This document shows, piece after piece, positions 9,932 to 19,019 of a DNA stretch of 60,390 nucleotides; within the stretch, counting starts at the first letter, position 1; each line of letters opens with the position of its first letter. The translations under genes and the position numbers were made by a program. The stretch covers positions 1 to 60,390 of the forward strand of contig CALVZA010000016.1 in NCBI GenBank assembly GCA_944372415.1, written 5' to 3'. The notes below the pieces were generated by a model. The model was given only the letters and a program-made list of their open reading frames with translations. It searched no databases and was not told the origin of the DNA. The DNA is from an uncultured Bacilli bacterium. Its GTDB lineage: Bacteria > Bacillota_I > Bacilli_A > RF39 > UBA660.

Positions 9932-10888
9932 ATGAAACAAAATAGTAATTTAATATTATATATAGTAATTCCTTGTTATAATGAAGAAAAAGCTTTACCT
10001 TTAACAGAAAAAGAATTAACTAAAAAAATGACACAATTAATAAAAGAAAATAAAATATCAAAAGACAGTAAAATTGTATTAGTTAATGATGGCTCTAAAG
10101 ATAAAACTTGGGATATAATAGAAAAAATTTACAACAGAAATAATATTTATATAGGTATTAAACTTTCTAAAAACAAAGGACATCAAAACGCATTATTAGC
10201 AGGTTTAATGTATGCTAAAGATAATGCAGATATTTCTATAAGTATGGACGCTGATTTACAAGACGATATAAATGTTATAGATGAAATGATAAAAAAATAT
10301 AAAACTGGTTCAGAAATAGTATATGGAGTTAGAAGTTCTAGAAGAAAAGATAGTATTTTTAAAAAAATAACTGCAGAAGGATTTTATAAATTTATGTCAT
10401 TAATGGGAGTAGATATAGTATTTAATCATGCTGACTGTAGATTAATGAGTAAAAAAACATTAGAAAGTTTATCAAAATATAAAGAAGTAAATTTATTTTT
10501 AAGAGGTATAGTACCTCAAATTGGTTATAAAACAGATATTGTATATTATGAAAGAAATGAAAGAGTTGCTGGTGAGTCAAAATATCCATTAAAGAAAATG
10601 TTAAATTTTGCAATTGACGGTATAACTTCATTTAGTATAAAACCCCTAAAAATGATAACTACAATAGGATTTATTATTCTTATATTAAGTTTTTTAGTTC
10701 TAATATATTCAATCATTATGAAGTTAATTGGTAATACAGTTTCAGGTTGGACTTTTATAGTATGTTCAATTTGGTTAATTGGAGGAATTCAAACATTATG
10801 TTTAGGTATAATAGGGGAATACATTGGAAAAATATACAATGAAACTAAACAAAGACCAAGATATATTATAGAAAAAATCTTAGATTAA
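9932..10888 (+). CDS. GT2 polyprenyl-phosphate glycosyltransferase (GtrB/CsbB/ArnC type)
   Basis: IVIPCYNEE, VNDGSKDKT and DADLQDD motifs, plus two C-terminal TM helices. This is the typical GtrB architecture. Confidence 0.8.
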   Translation: MKQNSNLILYIVIPCYNEEKALPLTEKELTKKMTQLIKENKISKDSKIVLVNDGSKDKTWDIIEKIYNRNNIYIGIKLSKNKGHQNALLAGLMYAKDNADISISMDADLQDDINVIDEMIKKYKTGSEIVYGVRSSRRKDSIFKKITAEGFYKFMSLMGVDIVFNHADCRLMSKKTLESLSKYKEVNLFLRGIVPQIGYKTDIVYYERNERVAGESKYPLKKMLNFAIDGITSFSIKPLKMITTIGFIILILSFLVLIYSIIMKLIGNTVSGWTFIVCSIWLIGGIQTLCLGIIGEYIGKIYNETKQRPRYIIEKILD

Positions 10889-10889
10889 A

Positions 10890-10945
10890 AAAGACTTATC
10901 TTAAGTTAACAAATAAACTTAAAATAAATCTTTATTTTTTTATTC
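10890..10945. terminator. Bidirectional terminator between convergent genes
   Basis: 18-nt arms at 10890-10907 and 10916-10933 pair at 16 of 18 positions. The two mismatches become G-U pairs on the minus-strand RNA. T-runs flank both sides. Confidence 0.55.
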
Positions 10946-10953
10946 TAACTAAA

Positions 10954-11946
10954 CTAATTAAAATCATTATTTGTTTTCTTTAAAGCTTTAATTTGATTAT
11001 CAACATCATTTAAAATATTATAAACTACTGTATCATCATTTAATAATTTAGTTAATTTTTCTTTTGTCATATGTCTTTCTTCTGCGCTTTTAATGAATTT
11101 ACCATTAACATAAGTTCCGTTTAAACTACCATCTTTAATTAATTTACTAAATCTTATCTTCTTTCTTTCTAACTTCAAAAAATTAGGTACAATTTTATAT
11201 AATTCATCTAATTCTTTTTCTTGTTTATCGTTTTTCATATAAATTTCTTTTAAAACTTCAAATCTTTCAACTAGTTCTTTAAGATTTTCAGGAGTTTTAT
11301 AATCATATATTATATTTATGCCAGTATTCTTTAAAGAACTATCTGATAAAGATTTATTATTAAAGCGTGAATTAAATAAAATTTTATAGTCTATTGTAAA
11401 CTCAGATAAATCATTTTCTTCTAAATTACAATTTACAAAATTGAATATATCATTATTTAAACATAAATTAGCATTAGTATTTTTGAAGTTAGAATTATAA
11501 CAATACCTTATAACCTCGGCATGACTATTTGTTAAATTAACGTTTTCAAAACTACAATTATTAATAATTAATTCTTGTTCTTCTTTGTTATAATTAGTTA
11601 TTTTAAAAGCCTTAGAAAAGTCAATTTTAACATTAGTATTTTTTAAATTAATCTTATTAACTTTATCATACCAATTTTTTATAAAGCAAACATTTACGCC
11701 ACTTACTTCAGTATCCCATACTACATTATCAAAATTAACATCCTTTAAATCAATTTTACTTAAAAAATCTCCAGACCAAACAATAAACTTTGCAATTTTA
11801 TTATCATTAACTAATTTAGATTTTTCAAAAATTAAATTTTCCAATAACTCTTTATCTAAATAAATAGTCTCTCCATCAGATAAACTCTTAACTTTTTTCT
11901 CTATTTCTCTTCTTAATTTGTCTTTATTTTCTCTACTTAATTTCAT
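10954..11946 (-). CDS. Pentapeptide-repeat-like protein with C-terminal coiled-coil region
   Basis: Five-residue periodicity with a central hydrophobic residue: DFLSK IDLKD VNFDN VVWDT; CSFEN VNLTN; CNLEE NDLSE. Strong SD AAGGAGG. It has its own promoter. Confidence 0.5.
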   Translation of the reverse strand: MKLSRENKDKLRREIEKKVKSLSDGETIYLDKELLENLIFEKSKLVNDNKIAKFIVWSGDFLSKIDLKDVNFDNVVWDTEVSGVNVCFIKNWYDKVNKINLKNTNVKIDFSKAFKITNYNKEEQELIINNCSFENVNLTNSHAEVIRYCYNSNFKNTNANLCLNNDIFNFVNCNLEENDLSEFTIDYKILFNSRFNNKSLSDSSLKNTGINIIYDYKTPENLKELVERFEVLKEIYMKNDKQEKELDELYKIVPNFLKLERKKIRFSKLIKDGSLNGTYVNGKFIKSAEERHMTKEKLTKLLNDDTVVYNILNDVDNQIKALKKTNNDFN

Positions 11947-11967
11947 AAGTAACCTCCTTACACCCTA

Positions 11968-11995
11968 ACTATACCAATAATAAAATTGCTTGCAA
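11968..11995 (-). promoter_or_regulatory. Candidate promoter of the pentapeptide-repeat-like gene
   Basis: On the minus strand: TTGCAA, 16 nt spacer, TATAGT preceded by TGG (extended -10). It sits downstream of a weak hairpin plus T8 that follows addB. Confidence 0.45.
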
Positions 11996-12050
11996 ACCCC
12001 CTAATTAAAAAAAATCAACTTTTTATATACACTATAAAATTAGTTGAAAT

Positions 12051-14402
12051 TTATACATCTAAGAAATCTAAATTTTTTATATCTTCTAATTCTACTATAT
12101 CTTTATTAGTCATAAAACATATATCTTTATATTTACAAAATTCACATCCAATATTTTTACCATTTATTTTTTTAGGATTTATATTAAATTCAGCATTTAT
12201 AATACCATTAATACATTCATCAATTTTATCATTAGTTATTTTAATAATATTATTAATTTGTTTTTCTGTTAAAATCTTCGAATAATATCCAAAACCTTTA
12301 TTAGTTAATTTCATTCCATATATTAACTCACTATTTTCTAAAGTAGTATCAAATATGCTTAATTTTTCTTCGTTACCAATACTATAACCTTTTAACTTCA
12401 AGTTGTTTCTTTTAAGTTCATTTAATGTTTTACCATGTTCTTTATTAAATTTACCAAATAATATTTGTTGTAAATATAAACCTATAATTTCATAATCTTT
12501 ATTAATATTCTTAGTTAAATAAAGATAAACTGGTAATTGCATAGAAAGCCCATAAGGTAAATAATTCAAATTAATATCAATCATATAAGTTTTATAATCT
12601 ATAATCACAATACTATTCTCGTGTTTTAATAACTTATCAATAAAACCTTTAAAATTAATATTAATAATACCATTTTTAACAATATTTATTTTTTTTTCAT
12701 AAAAAGCCTCGTCCATACTTCCTAAAGTATTTTGGTACTCTATAGATTTAATAACAAATTTAAGTTCATCTATAACTTTATTTATAAAATACTTATCTTT
12801 ACTACTAGCATTAAATTCATTATGTTCTAAGAAATAATTAACCGTATCATAAAAATTAAATTCTTTTAAAAAAGCCTTACTTAATACATAATGAAATAAA
12901 TTACCAATATAAGTTTGTAAAGTATCTTCGTATTTATCTATTTTTAAAATATTAGATAAATAAAATTTAAAAGCACAATGATAATAATTGTCCATACTAC
13001 TATAACTTAAATTATAATTATTATCTAAATATTTATATAGATCGCTCTTATTTATTCCCTTAAATTTATTATCATATATAGAATACGGTATAAGATAATT
13101 ATTATATAATAAACTTAAATTATCACTATAATCATTAAATTTTATTAAATTATCAATACTTATCGTTAATAATATTTTATTTATATAATCACAGTAGTTG
13201 CTATATTTAAAATCATATTCTAAAACATTCATTTTATATTCATCTATTAAAATACTAGGATAAAAAACTTCATTTAAATATCTTTCTTTATAACTTATAA
13301 ATAAATTCTTTATATTACTTATTATATTAAAATATAATTCTTTATAAATCACATTCATTTCATAACTTTTTTCCATATAATCAAATTTAATATCATCATT
13401 AATATAATCTTCATCTTTTATAGTTTTAGGAAACTTATTTAAATTAAATCCTACTAAAAAAACATATTTATCATCATCTATAATATTATTTTCTAAATTA
13501 ATTTCATTAACAGCATTCTTATATATAACGTTATCTACATAAGTATTTTTCATTACATTAATTATATTTTCTTTAACACTTAAATAATCATTTGTAAAAT
13601 AAAATTTATTAATAACATTAACAATTTTTTTATAAATATTTTTATTTTCTTTAATAGACATATCAAACTTATCTTCTATACTTTTTAAAACTAAGTCAAT
13701 ATTATTACTTAAATTATTAATAAAATATTTACCTATTAGAGTAGAATATATATTAGTTTTATCATTTAAATTAATAGGAATATTATACATATTAAATATT
13801 CTTTTAACAATTTTATAATAATTATTATCTAAATTTGAAATAAAGATATTATTTATATCAATACCATTATTTAATAATTTACTAATTTCTTCACAAACAT
13901 ATATAATTTCATTTTCTAAAGTATCAAATTTATAAACTTCATGAATATAATTATTATATTTTTTGTTAATAAAGTTAACATTTTCCACAGTATTTAAAAC
14001 ATATCTTTGGTATTTATTTATATAATCATATTGATAAACAATAATATTTTTATTTTTAATTAATCTTCTAAAAAGATTATCTCTTATTAAATAATTATCT
14101 AATTTATTTTTTATTTCATATAAATTATGAAGTTTTAAATTATTATTATCTCCAAATACATACTTTATATTATTTAAATAAAGTTTACTAATATTATAAT
14201 TAATACTCTTTAATTTCATTAATTCATATATAGTACTTTCATCATAAGTAAATGTTAAATGATTAATAAATTGTTCTAAATTATATATTTTAATATTTAA
14301 CTTATTATTATTTTGTCTAATATATTTTAATATATCTTCTTTAATGTTATCTGGAATAATTAATATAGTATCATCTTTTATATATTTAATAATATCGTCC
14401 AT
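12051..14402 (-). CDS. addB: Helicase-nuclease subunit AddB (RexB), short form without Walker A
   Basis: C-terminal nuclease/Fe-S module: YYHCAFKFYL ... IVIIDYKT ... CEFCKYKDIC, giving a 1+3 Cys arrangement. I could not find a GxxGxGK[ST] motif in the N-terminal half. SD is GGTGAG. Confidence 0.8.
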   Translation of the reverse strand: MDDIIKYIKDDTILIIPDNIKEDILKYIRQNNNKLNIKIYNLEQFINHLTFTYDESTIYELMKLKSINYNISKLYLNNIKYVFGDNNNLKLHNLYEIKNKLDNYLIRDNLFRRLIKNKNIIVYQYDYINKYQRYVLNTVENVNFINKKYNNYIHEVYKFDTLENEIIYVCEEISKLLNNGIDINNIFISNLDNNYYKIVKRIFNMYNIPINLNDKTNIYSTLIGKYFINNLSNNIDLVLKSIEDKFDMSIKENKNIYKKIVNVINKFYFTNDYLSVKENIINVMKNTYVDNVIYKNAVNEINLENNIIDDDKYVFLVGFNLNKFPKTIKDEDYINDDIKFDYMEKSYEMNVIYKELYFNIISNIKNLFISYKERYLNEVFYPSILIDEYKMNVLEYDFKYSNYCDYINKILLTISIDNLIKFNDYSDNLSLLYNNYLIPYSIYDNKFKGINKSDLYKYLDNNYNLSYSSMDNYYHCAFKFYLSNILKIDKYEDTLQTYIGNLFHYVLSKAFLKEFNFYDTVNYFLEHNEFNASSKDKYFINKVIDELKFVIKSIEYQNTLGSMDEAFYEKKINIVKNGIININFKGFIDKLLKHENSIVIIDYKTYMIDINLNYLPYGLSMQLPVYLYLTKNINKDYEIIGLYLQQILFGKFNKEHGKTLNELKRNNLKLKGYSIGNEEKLSIFDTTLENSELIYGMKLTNKGFGYYSKILTEKQINNIIKITNDKIDECINGIINAEFNINPKKINGKNIGCEFCKYKDICFMTNKDIVELEDIKNLDFLDV

Positions 14403-14431
14403 AATCTCACCACTAACTATATTTTATCAAA

Positions 14432-14506
14432 ATATAAGTTTAATGTCTTTATATTTACCATAAATTTAATTAAATAAAACCATATAAATTTAATGTTTTT
14501 ATATTT
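14432..14506. repeat. Two 25-nt direct repeats, 50 bp apart, in the addB / NlpC-P60 divergent intergenic region
   Basis: atataagtttaatgtctttatattt (14432-14456) versus atataaatttaatgtttttatattt (14482-14506), with 2 mismatches. Confidence 0.3.
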
Positions 14507-14592
14507 TATGTAAAAATTAATAAAATAAACAAATTATATTAATTATACTAAAAATTTATATGATACAATGTATATAATAGTAGGAGTAAACT

Positions 14593-15930
14593 ATGAAAAA
14601 AATAGTAAAGTATATATTAATTATGTTAAATATAATTTCATTATTTTGTATTATAAAATTTAGTATTTTACTAAATAAAAATATATTACATAAAAATAAT
14701 ATTAAAATATCTTACGAAAATAAACTTAATGATAATAATGAATATAATGTAAATATAAAATATAGAAAACCAACATCATCTCTTTTTTGTTCTATAGATA
14801 ATAAGAAGTGGATTAATATAAATAATTGTAATTTTAATTTAAAAAAAGGTAAACAAACTATATATATTAAAAATAAATATAACAAAATAAAATATGAATT
14901 TGAAATAAAAGAAAGATACGATGGAACATTCACTAGTACATTAGATAATGTTGATGAATATTATTTAGCTTTAAATGGTACTAAAAAAATAAATTTTAAG
15001 TTTAATTACCCAGAAAATTATGATACATCTATTAAATGGGAAATAGAAAACAATGATATAATTGAACTAAAAGATAATACTATATATGGTTTGAAAAATG
15101 GTACTACTTATATAGAAGCAAAATTAAAAGACGGGAATAAAAAAACATATAAAATTATTGTAACAGATTTGATAATACCACCAGATATAAATGCTAAGAA
15201 ACAAACTCTTACATGTAATAAATATACTAAAGAAGAAAATGAATTATTGGATAAGATATTAGATTCTAGAGTTAAAGAAGCAGGATATGGAACTAGGGGA
15301 GGAATAATTGCTGCTGCTAGATTTTTATCACTAGAATTTCCCTACTATATAAGTTATTTTGCAGAGAATGGTAGACTAAATGAACATGGACTTAAATTAC
15401 ATATTGACGGAGAAGGAAGATACTATCATAAAGGTTTATACTTACACGAAAGTAAATTTGATACTTTAGAAAAAAATGCTAGCTCTAAAAGTGGTCCTAA
15501 AATATGGGGTTGTAGTTTATATAGTATTCCAATGAATCGAAATCAATCAAATGGATTAGATTGTAGTGGCTTTGTTACATGGGCAATGTACAATGGCGGC
15601 TTCGATGTAGGAGATGTAGGCGCAGGAGATTTTAAAGAAATAAATGATGATTTATCAGATATGGGAAAGCATAATGCACTAACTAAAGAATATATGAAAA
15701 ATGGTAACTACAAAGTAGGAGACTTTATTGGTGAAAACGGACACGCTGCTTTGATAATAGGAATTGATGATAAAAACATATATACTGCTGAGTCCCTAGG
15801 AGCCGGATTAAGAGCAAAAACATATGATAGATATGAAGGGATTACATATTCAGCAATAGTTGATTATATTATTGAAATGGATAATATATATCCCAATGGA
15901 GAAGGTAATTATGAAAATATGTGGTATTAA
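14593..15930 (+). CDS. NlpC/P60 (C40) cell-wall peptidase with N-terminal anchor and Ig-like (Big_2-type) domain
   Basis: Catalytic Cys context GLDCSGFVTWAMYNGG, His context ENGHAALIIG. The Ig-like stretch is KWEIENNDIIELKDNTIYGLKNGTTYIEAKL. SD is AGGAG. Confidence 0.8.
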   Translation: MKKIVKYILIMLNIISLFCIIKFSILLNKNILHKNNIKISYENKLNDNNEYNVNIKYRKPTSSLFCSIDNKKWININNCNFNLKKGKQTIYIKNKYNKIKYEFEIKERYDGTFTSTLDNVDEYYLALNGTKKINFKFNYPENYDTSIKWEIENNDIIELKDNTIYGLKNGTTYIEAKLKDGNKKTYKIIVTDLIIPPDINAKKQTLTCNKYTKEENELLDKILDSRVKEAGYGTRGGIIAAARFLSLEFPYYISYFAENGRLNEHGLKLHIDGEGRYYHKGLYLHESKFDTLEKNASSKSGPKIWGCSLYSIPMNRNQSNGLDCSGFVTWAMYNGGFDVGDVGAGDFKEINDDLSDMGKHNALTKEYMKNGNYKVGDFIGENGHAALIIGIDDKNIYTAESLGAGLRAKTYDRYEGITYSAIVDYIIEMDNIYPNGEGNYENMWY

Positions 15931-15958
15931 AAAATACAGACATATTTTTTTGTCTGTA

Positions 15959-16840
15959 TTAATTTTTATATTCGCTAGTTAAATTAAAATGTTCTTCTAA
16001 AGTAATCCAATCACCATTATTATAAAGTTTAGTTGCAAGTTCAACACCAACATATCGTAAATGCCAAGACTCATATTTATATCCTGTAATACTTTCTTTT
16101 CCTTTTGGATATCTTAAAATAAATCCATACTTATAAGCATTCTCATTAACCCATTTACCTTCATCAGTATATTGAAAATCATCTGTAATACTATTTAAAT
16201 CAAATGCTAAACCAGTTTGATGTTCAGAATGTCCTGGTCTTGCACTATAAGTATCTGCTGCAGTTTTGCCATCTCTAGCAACATATTTGTTATATAAGCT
16301 TTCCTGTAGTTCATAACTTCTATAGCCACTTTGAATCCAAATATTTAATCCCAATGCAGTTGCATCAGATTTCATAAGTTTATATTGTTCATAAGCCTCT
16401 TTGTCAATACATTCTGAACAATACTTTAATCCAGTAGCGTCTTTATATGTGTTTTTAGGAATAAAGTCTTTAGATAAAGAATATGTTTTATTAACTATCA
16501 ATATACCGTCAATAATTTTTAACCCGTTCTGATTATTAGAAACAGTAACTTCTTTAGTAGTAGTAGCTTTAGTTGTATTTTTAGTAGTAGTTGTATTTTT
16601 AGTAGTTTCCGTTGTAAGATGTTCAGTTTTTATCTCATTATTATCATTTATTTTCTTCATTAAATTAATTCCTCCTACTTTTACAATATAAAAAATAAGA
16701 AAAATTATTACTGCTACTAAAAATTTATTTAAAACATTTTTTAATTTGTTTTTACTAGGCTTAATTAACGCTACAACAATAATTAAAATTGGTAAAATTA
16801 CTCCTAAACTATAAAAAAGTATATTAATAAAATTTATCAT
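15959..16840 (-). CDS. VanY-type D-alanyl-D-alanine carboxypeptidase (peptidase M15B), membrane-anchored
   Basis: LAS metallopeptidase motifs SGYRSYELQ, PGHSEHQTGLAFD and ESWHLRYVG. N-terminal TM helices. Thr/Lys/Asn-rich linker TTKNTTTTKNTTKATTTK. Confidence 0.85.
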   Translation of the reverse strand: MINFINILFYSLGVILPILIIVVALIKPSKNKLKNVLNKFLVAVIIFLIFYIVKVGGINLMKKINDNNEIKTEHLTTETTKNTTTTKNTTKATTTKEVTVSNNQNGLKIIDGILIVNKTYSLSKDFIPKNTYKDATGLKYCSECIDKEAYEQYKLMKSDATALGLNIWIQSGYRSYELQESLYNKYVARDGKTAADTYSARPGHSEHQTGLAFDLNSITDDFQYTDEGKWVNENAYKYGFILRYPKGKESITGYKYESWHLRYVGVELATKLYNNGDWITLEEHFNLTSEYKN

Positions 16841-16849
16841 AAAAACCTC

Positions 16850-18265
16850 CTAATTATTTATATGATGGTGTACTTGTGGAGAATTTTCAGTTAATGGTAA
16901 AAAAGTATATCCATTATTTAATCCATAAGTAATAATTTTTTCAACACTTTCAATATTTGCTTTTTTTATATCGTGTAATAAAACAACAGAATTATTGTGT
17001 TTCTCAACTTCTTTAATTACATTATTGTAAATAACATTAGAATCTTTAGCTATAGTGTCAGTACTATCAATATTCCAATCAAAATAATAATAACCTAATT
17101 TTGTCATTTCATTTGCTATTTCTGTAACTATCCCTTTATTAAATTTACTAATAGTATTACTGCTTCCACCAGGGAATCTAAATATTTTGCTATACATTCC
17201 AGTTTGTTCAAAAATAATTTGGTTCATATTATTAAAATCATTAATATAATTTTCGAGAGAAGAATAAATATTACCATAGTTATGGCTATAAGTATGCACC
17301 GCAATACTATGACCACTTTCATACTCTTTTTTTATTAAATATTGATATTTAGAAAATTGATTTGTTACAAAAAATGTTGCTTTAACATTATATTTATTTA
17401 GCACATTTAATATACTCTCTGTATAACTACCAGGACCATCATCAAAAGTCAAATATATAAATTTGCCATTTTTAGGTACCGTACTTGCATCATTATAGAC
17501 TACCACTTTTCGCGTAACAACACTTTTATTACCCATAGTGTCTGTTACCGTATAATTTATGTCATATTCCCCTGTTTTACTAGTGTTGACATTATTATGA
17601 ACTTCAACTTTACTAGTTATATCTCCATCACAATTGTCATTTGCACTAAAACCTCTATCTACATATTCCTGATTAACAAAAATATAACTCTTGTTTCCTC
17701 CTACCAAAGATATAGTAGGTTTTTCATCGTCTTTATAATTTATATCTCTATAAACAACTCTTTTATTTCCAGCTTTATCACTTACTGTATAATAAACCTT
17801 ATTATCTTTTATAGTAGTTTTAACTTTATCAGTTAAATCACCGTCTACATTATCAATTGCCTTATAACCTTCTTCTATATATTCTTGATTAGGACATATA
17901 GAAATATTACTGTCAGTTAATTTTATTACAGGACTTTCTTTATCAATATACTGTATTTCTCTTGTTAGAACTTTATTTATATTTTTATATATTAAATTAT
18001 AATTAATAAAATATTTATTTTTTTCTTTTATTTCTCTTTTACTTATCCTAACTTTATCACTAATATCTTTACAAAATAATTTTAAATACTTATTACAATA
18101 TTTAGCCTCGAAGCCATCTTCATAATAATCTGAACCATAATTTAATTCAATAAAAGATTTGCCTTTTAAAGAAAAAAAGATTTTTTTATCATTTATAAAA
18201 ATAATAGATATAAAAAAAATTATTCCAAGTAGAAAAGAAAGCATTATTATGTATTTCTTTTTCAT
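16850..18265 (-). CDS. Peptidoglycan/polysaccharide deacetylase (NodB) with two Ig-like (DUF5011-type) repeats
   Basis: NodB motifs LTFDDGPGSYT and VHTYSHNY. Two repeats of about 75 aa (...EEGYKAIDNVDGDLTDKV... and ...DRGFSANDNCDGDITSKV...). N-terminal TM helix. Confidence 0.85.
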   Translation of the reverse strand: MKKKYIIMLSFLLGIIFFISIIFINDKKIFFSLKGKSFIELNYGSDYYEDGFEAKYCNKYLKLFCKDISDKVRISKREIKEKNKYFINYNLIYKNINKVLTREIQYIDKESPVIKLTDSNISICPNQEYIEEGYKAIDNVDGDLTDKVKTTIKDNKVYYTVSDKAGNKRVVYRDINYKDDEKPTISLVGGNKSYIFVNQEYVDRGFSANDNCDGDITSKVEVHNNVNTSKTGEYDINYTVTDTMGNKSVVTRKVVVYNDASTVPKNGKFIYLTFDDGPGSYTESILNVLNKYNVKATFFVTNQFSKYQYLIKKEYESGHSIAVHTYSHNYGNIYSSLENYINDFNNMNQIIFEQTGMYSKIFRFPGGSSNTISKFNKGIVTEIANEMTKLGYYYFDWNIDSTDTIAKDSNVIYNNVIKEVEKHNNSVVLLHDIKKANIESVEKIITYGLNNGYTFLPLTENSPQVHHHINN

Positions 18266-18316
18266 AAAAACCTCACTTTACTAATATAGAATAATTATAG
18301 AATAATTAATTTATTA

Positions 18317-18895
18317 TTAAGATTCACTAACAATAATGAATGCTCCAAACCCTTCTATTATTATACTAACTACAAGCATTAAAATAATAGTTGAATCATT
18401 CATAAATTCTCTATCAACAATTCTATTAGCCACTAAAGAAATTATTAGAGCAATTAATCCTAATATGGCAATAACAACACCTATAGGTAATAAACTTTTT
18501 TTCTTAACATCTTTTTTAAATTTGGCTTCTTCTATCTTTGTAACATTAATTTCTTCTATAATTTCTTTCTTATTTACTTCTTCTTTATTAATAGTATTAT
18601 CTTTTTTATCATTTTTATAATTATCACTATCTAAACTTATATTATTTTTTAAAGTTTTATTCTCTTTTACTTTACTATCTGATACTGTCTTTTTAGTAGT
18701 AATTTTACTTTTAGTAGTAGCACTTTTGGCAACAGTAGTTTTACTCTTACTAGTAGTTGCTTTTTTAGCTCCAGTATTTTTACTAACACTACTAGGACTC
18801 TTCTTTACTGGATTTTTTTTAGAACTATTTTTAGAAGCATTATTATTATTATTTTTAATATCTTTTTCCTTTATATTATCTTTTTTTGTAGCCAT
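18317..18895 (-). CDS. Membrane protein with a Lys/Ser/Thr-rich low-complexity N-terminal half and two C-terminal TM helices
   Basis: The composition is visible in the translation. SD is AGGTGA. No recognisable family motif. Confidence 0.5.
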   Translation of the reverse strand: MATKKDNIKEKDIKNNNNNASKNSSKKNPVKKSPSSVSKNTGAKKATTSKSKTTVAKSATTKSKITTKKTVSDSKVKENKTLKNNISLDSDNYKNDKKDNTINKEEVNKKEIIEEINVTKIEEAKFKKDVKKKSLLPIGVVIAILGLIALIISLVANRIVDREFMNDSTIILMLVVSIIIEGFGAFIIVSES

Positions 18896-19019
18896 ACTTT
18901 ATCACCTAACATAATTATAGTTAATATATTAATTTTTTTCAATATAAAAGTAGTTTTTTTTATATGTTTTATTGACTAAAAAAAATATTTATGCTTAATT
19001 ATAAATAGGAGATGAAATA

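Noticed and set aside
11110-11140. An FHA-domain-like snippet (SLNGTYVNGKFIK) near the C-terminus of the pentapeptide-repeat-like protein.
   Set aside because: Only a short stretch of about 10 residues resembles the FHA core. The flanking conserved elements (GR...D, the GD-I-x-G turn) are absent.
16555-16625. A short tandem DNA repeat (agttgtatttttagtagt, two copies) encoding the TTKNTTTTKNTTKATTTK stretch of the VanY-like protein, considered as a variable-number repeat or surface-variation element.
   Set aside because: There are only about two imperfect units within a low-complexity Thr/Lys linker. This fits an ordinary flexible spacer and gives no evidence of variability from a single sequence.
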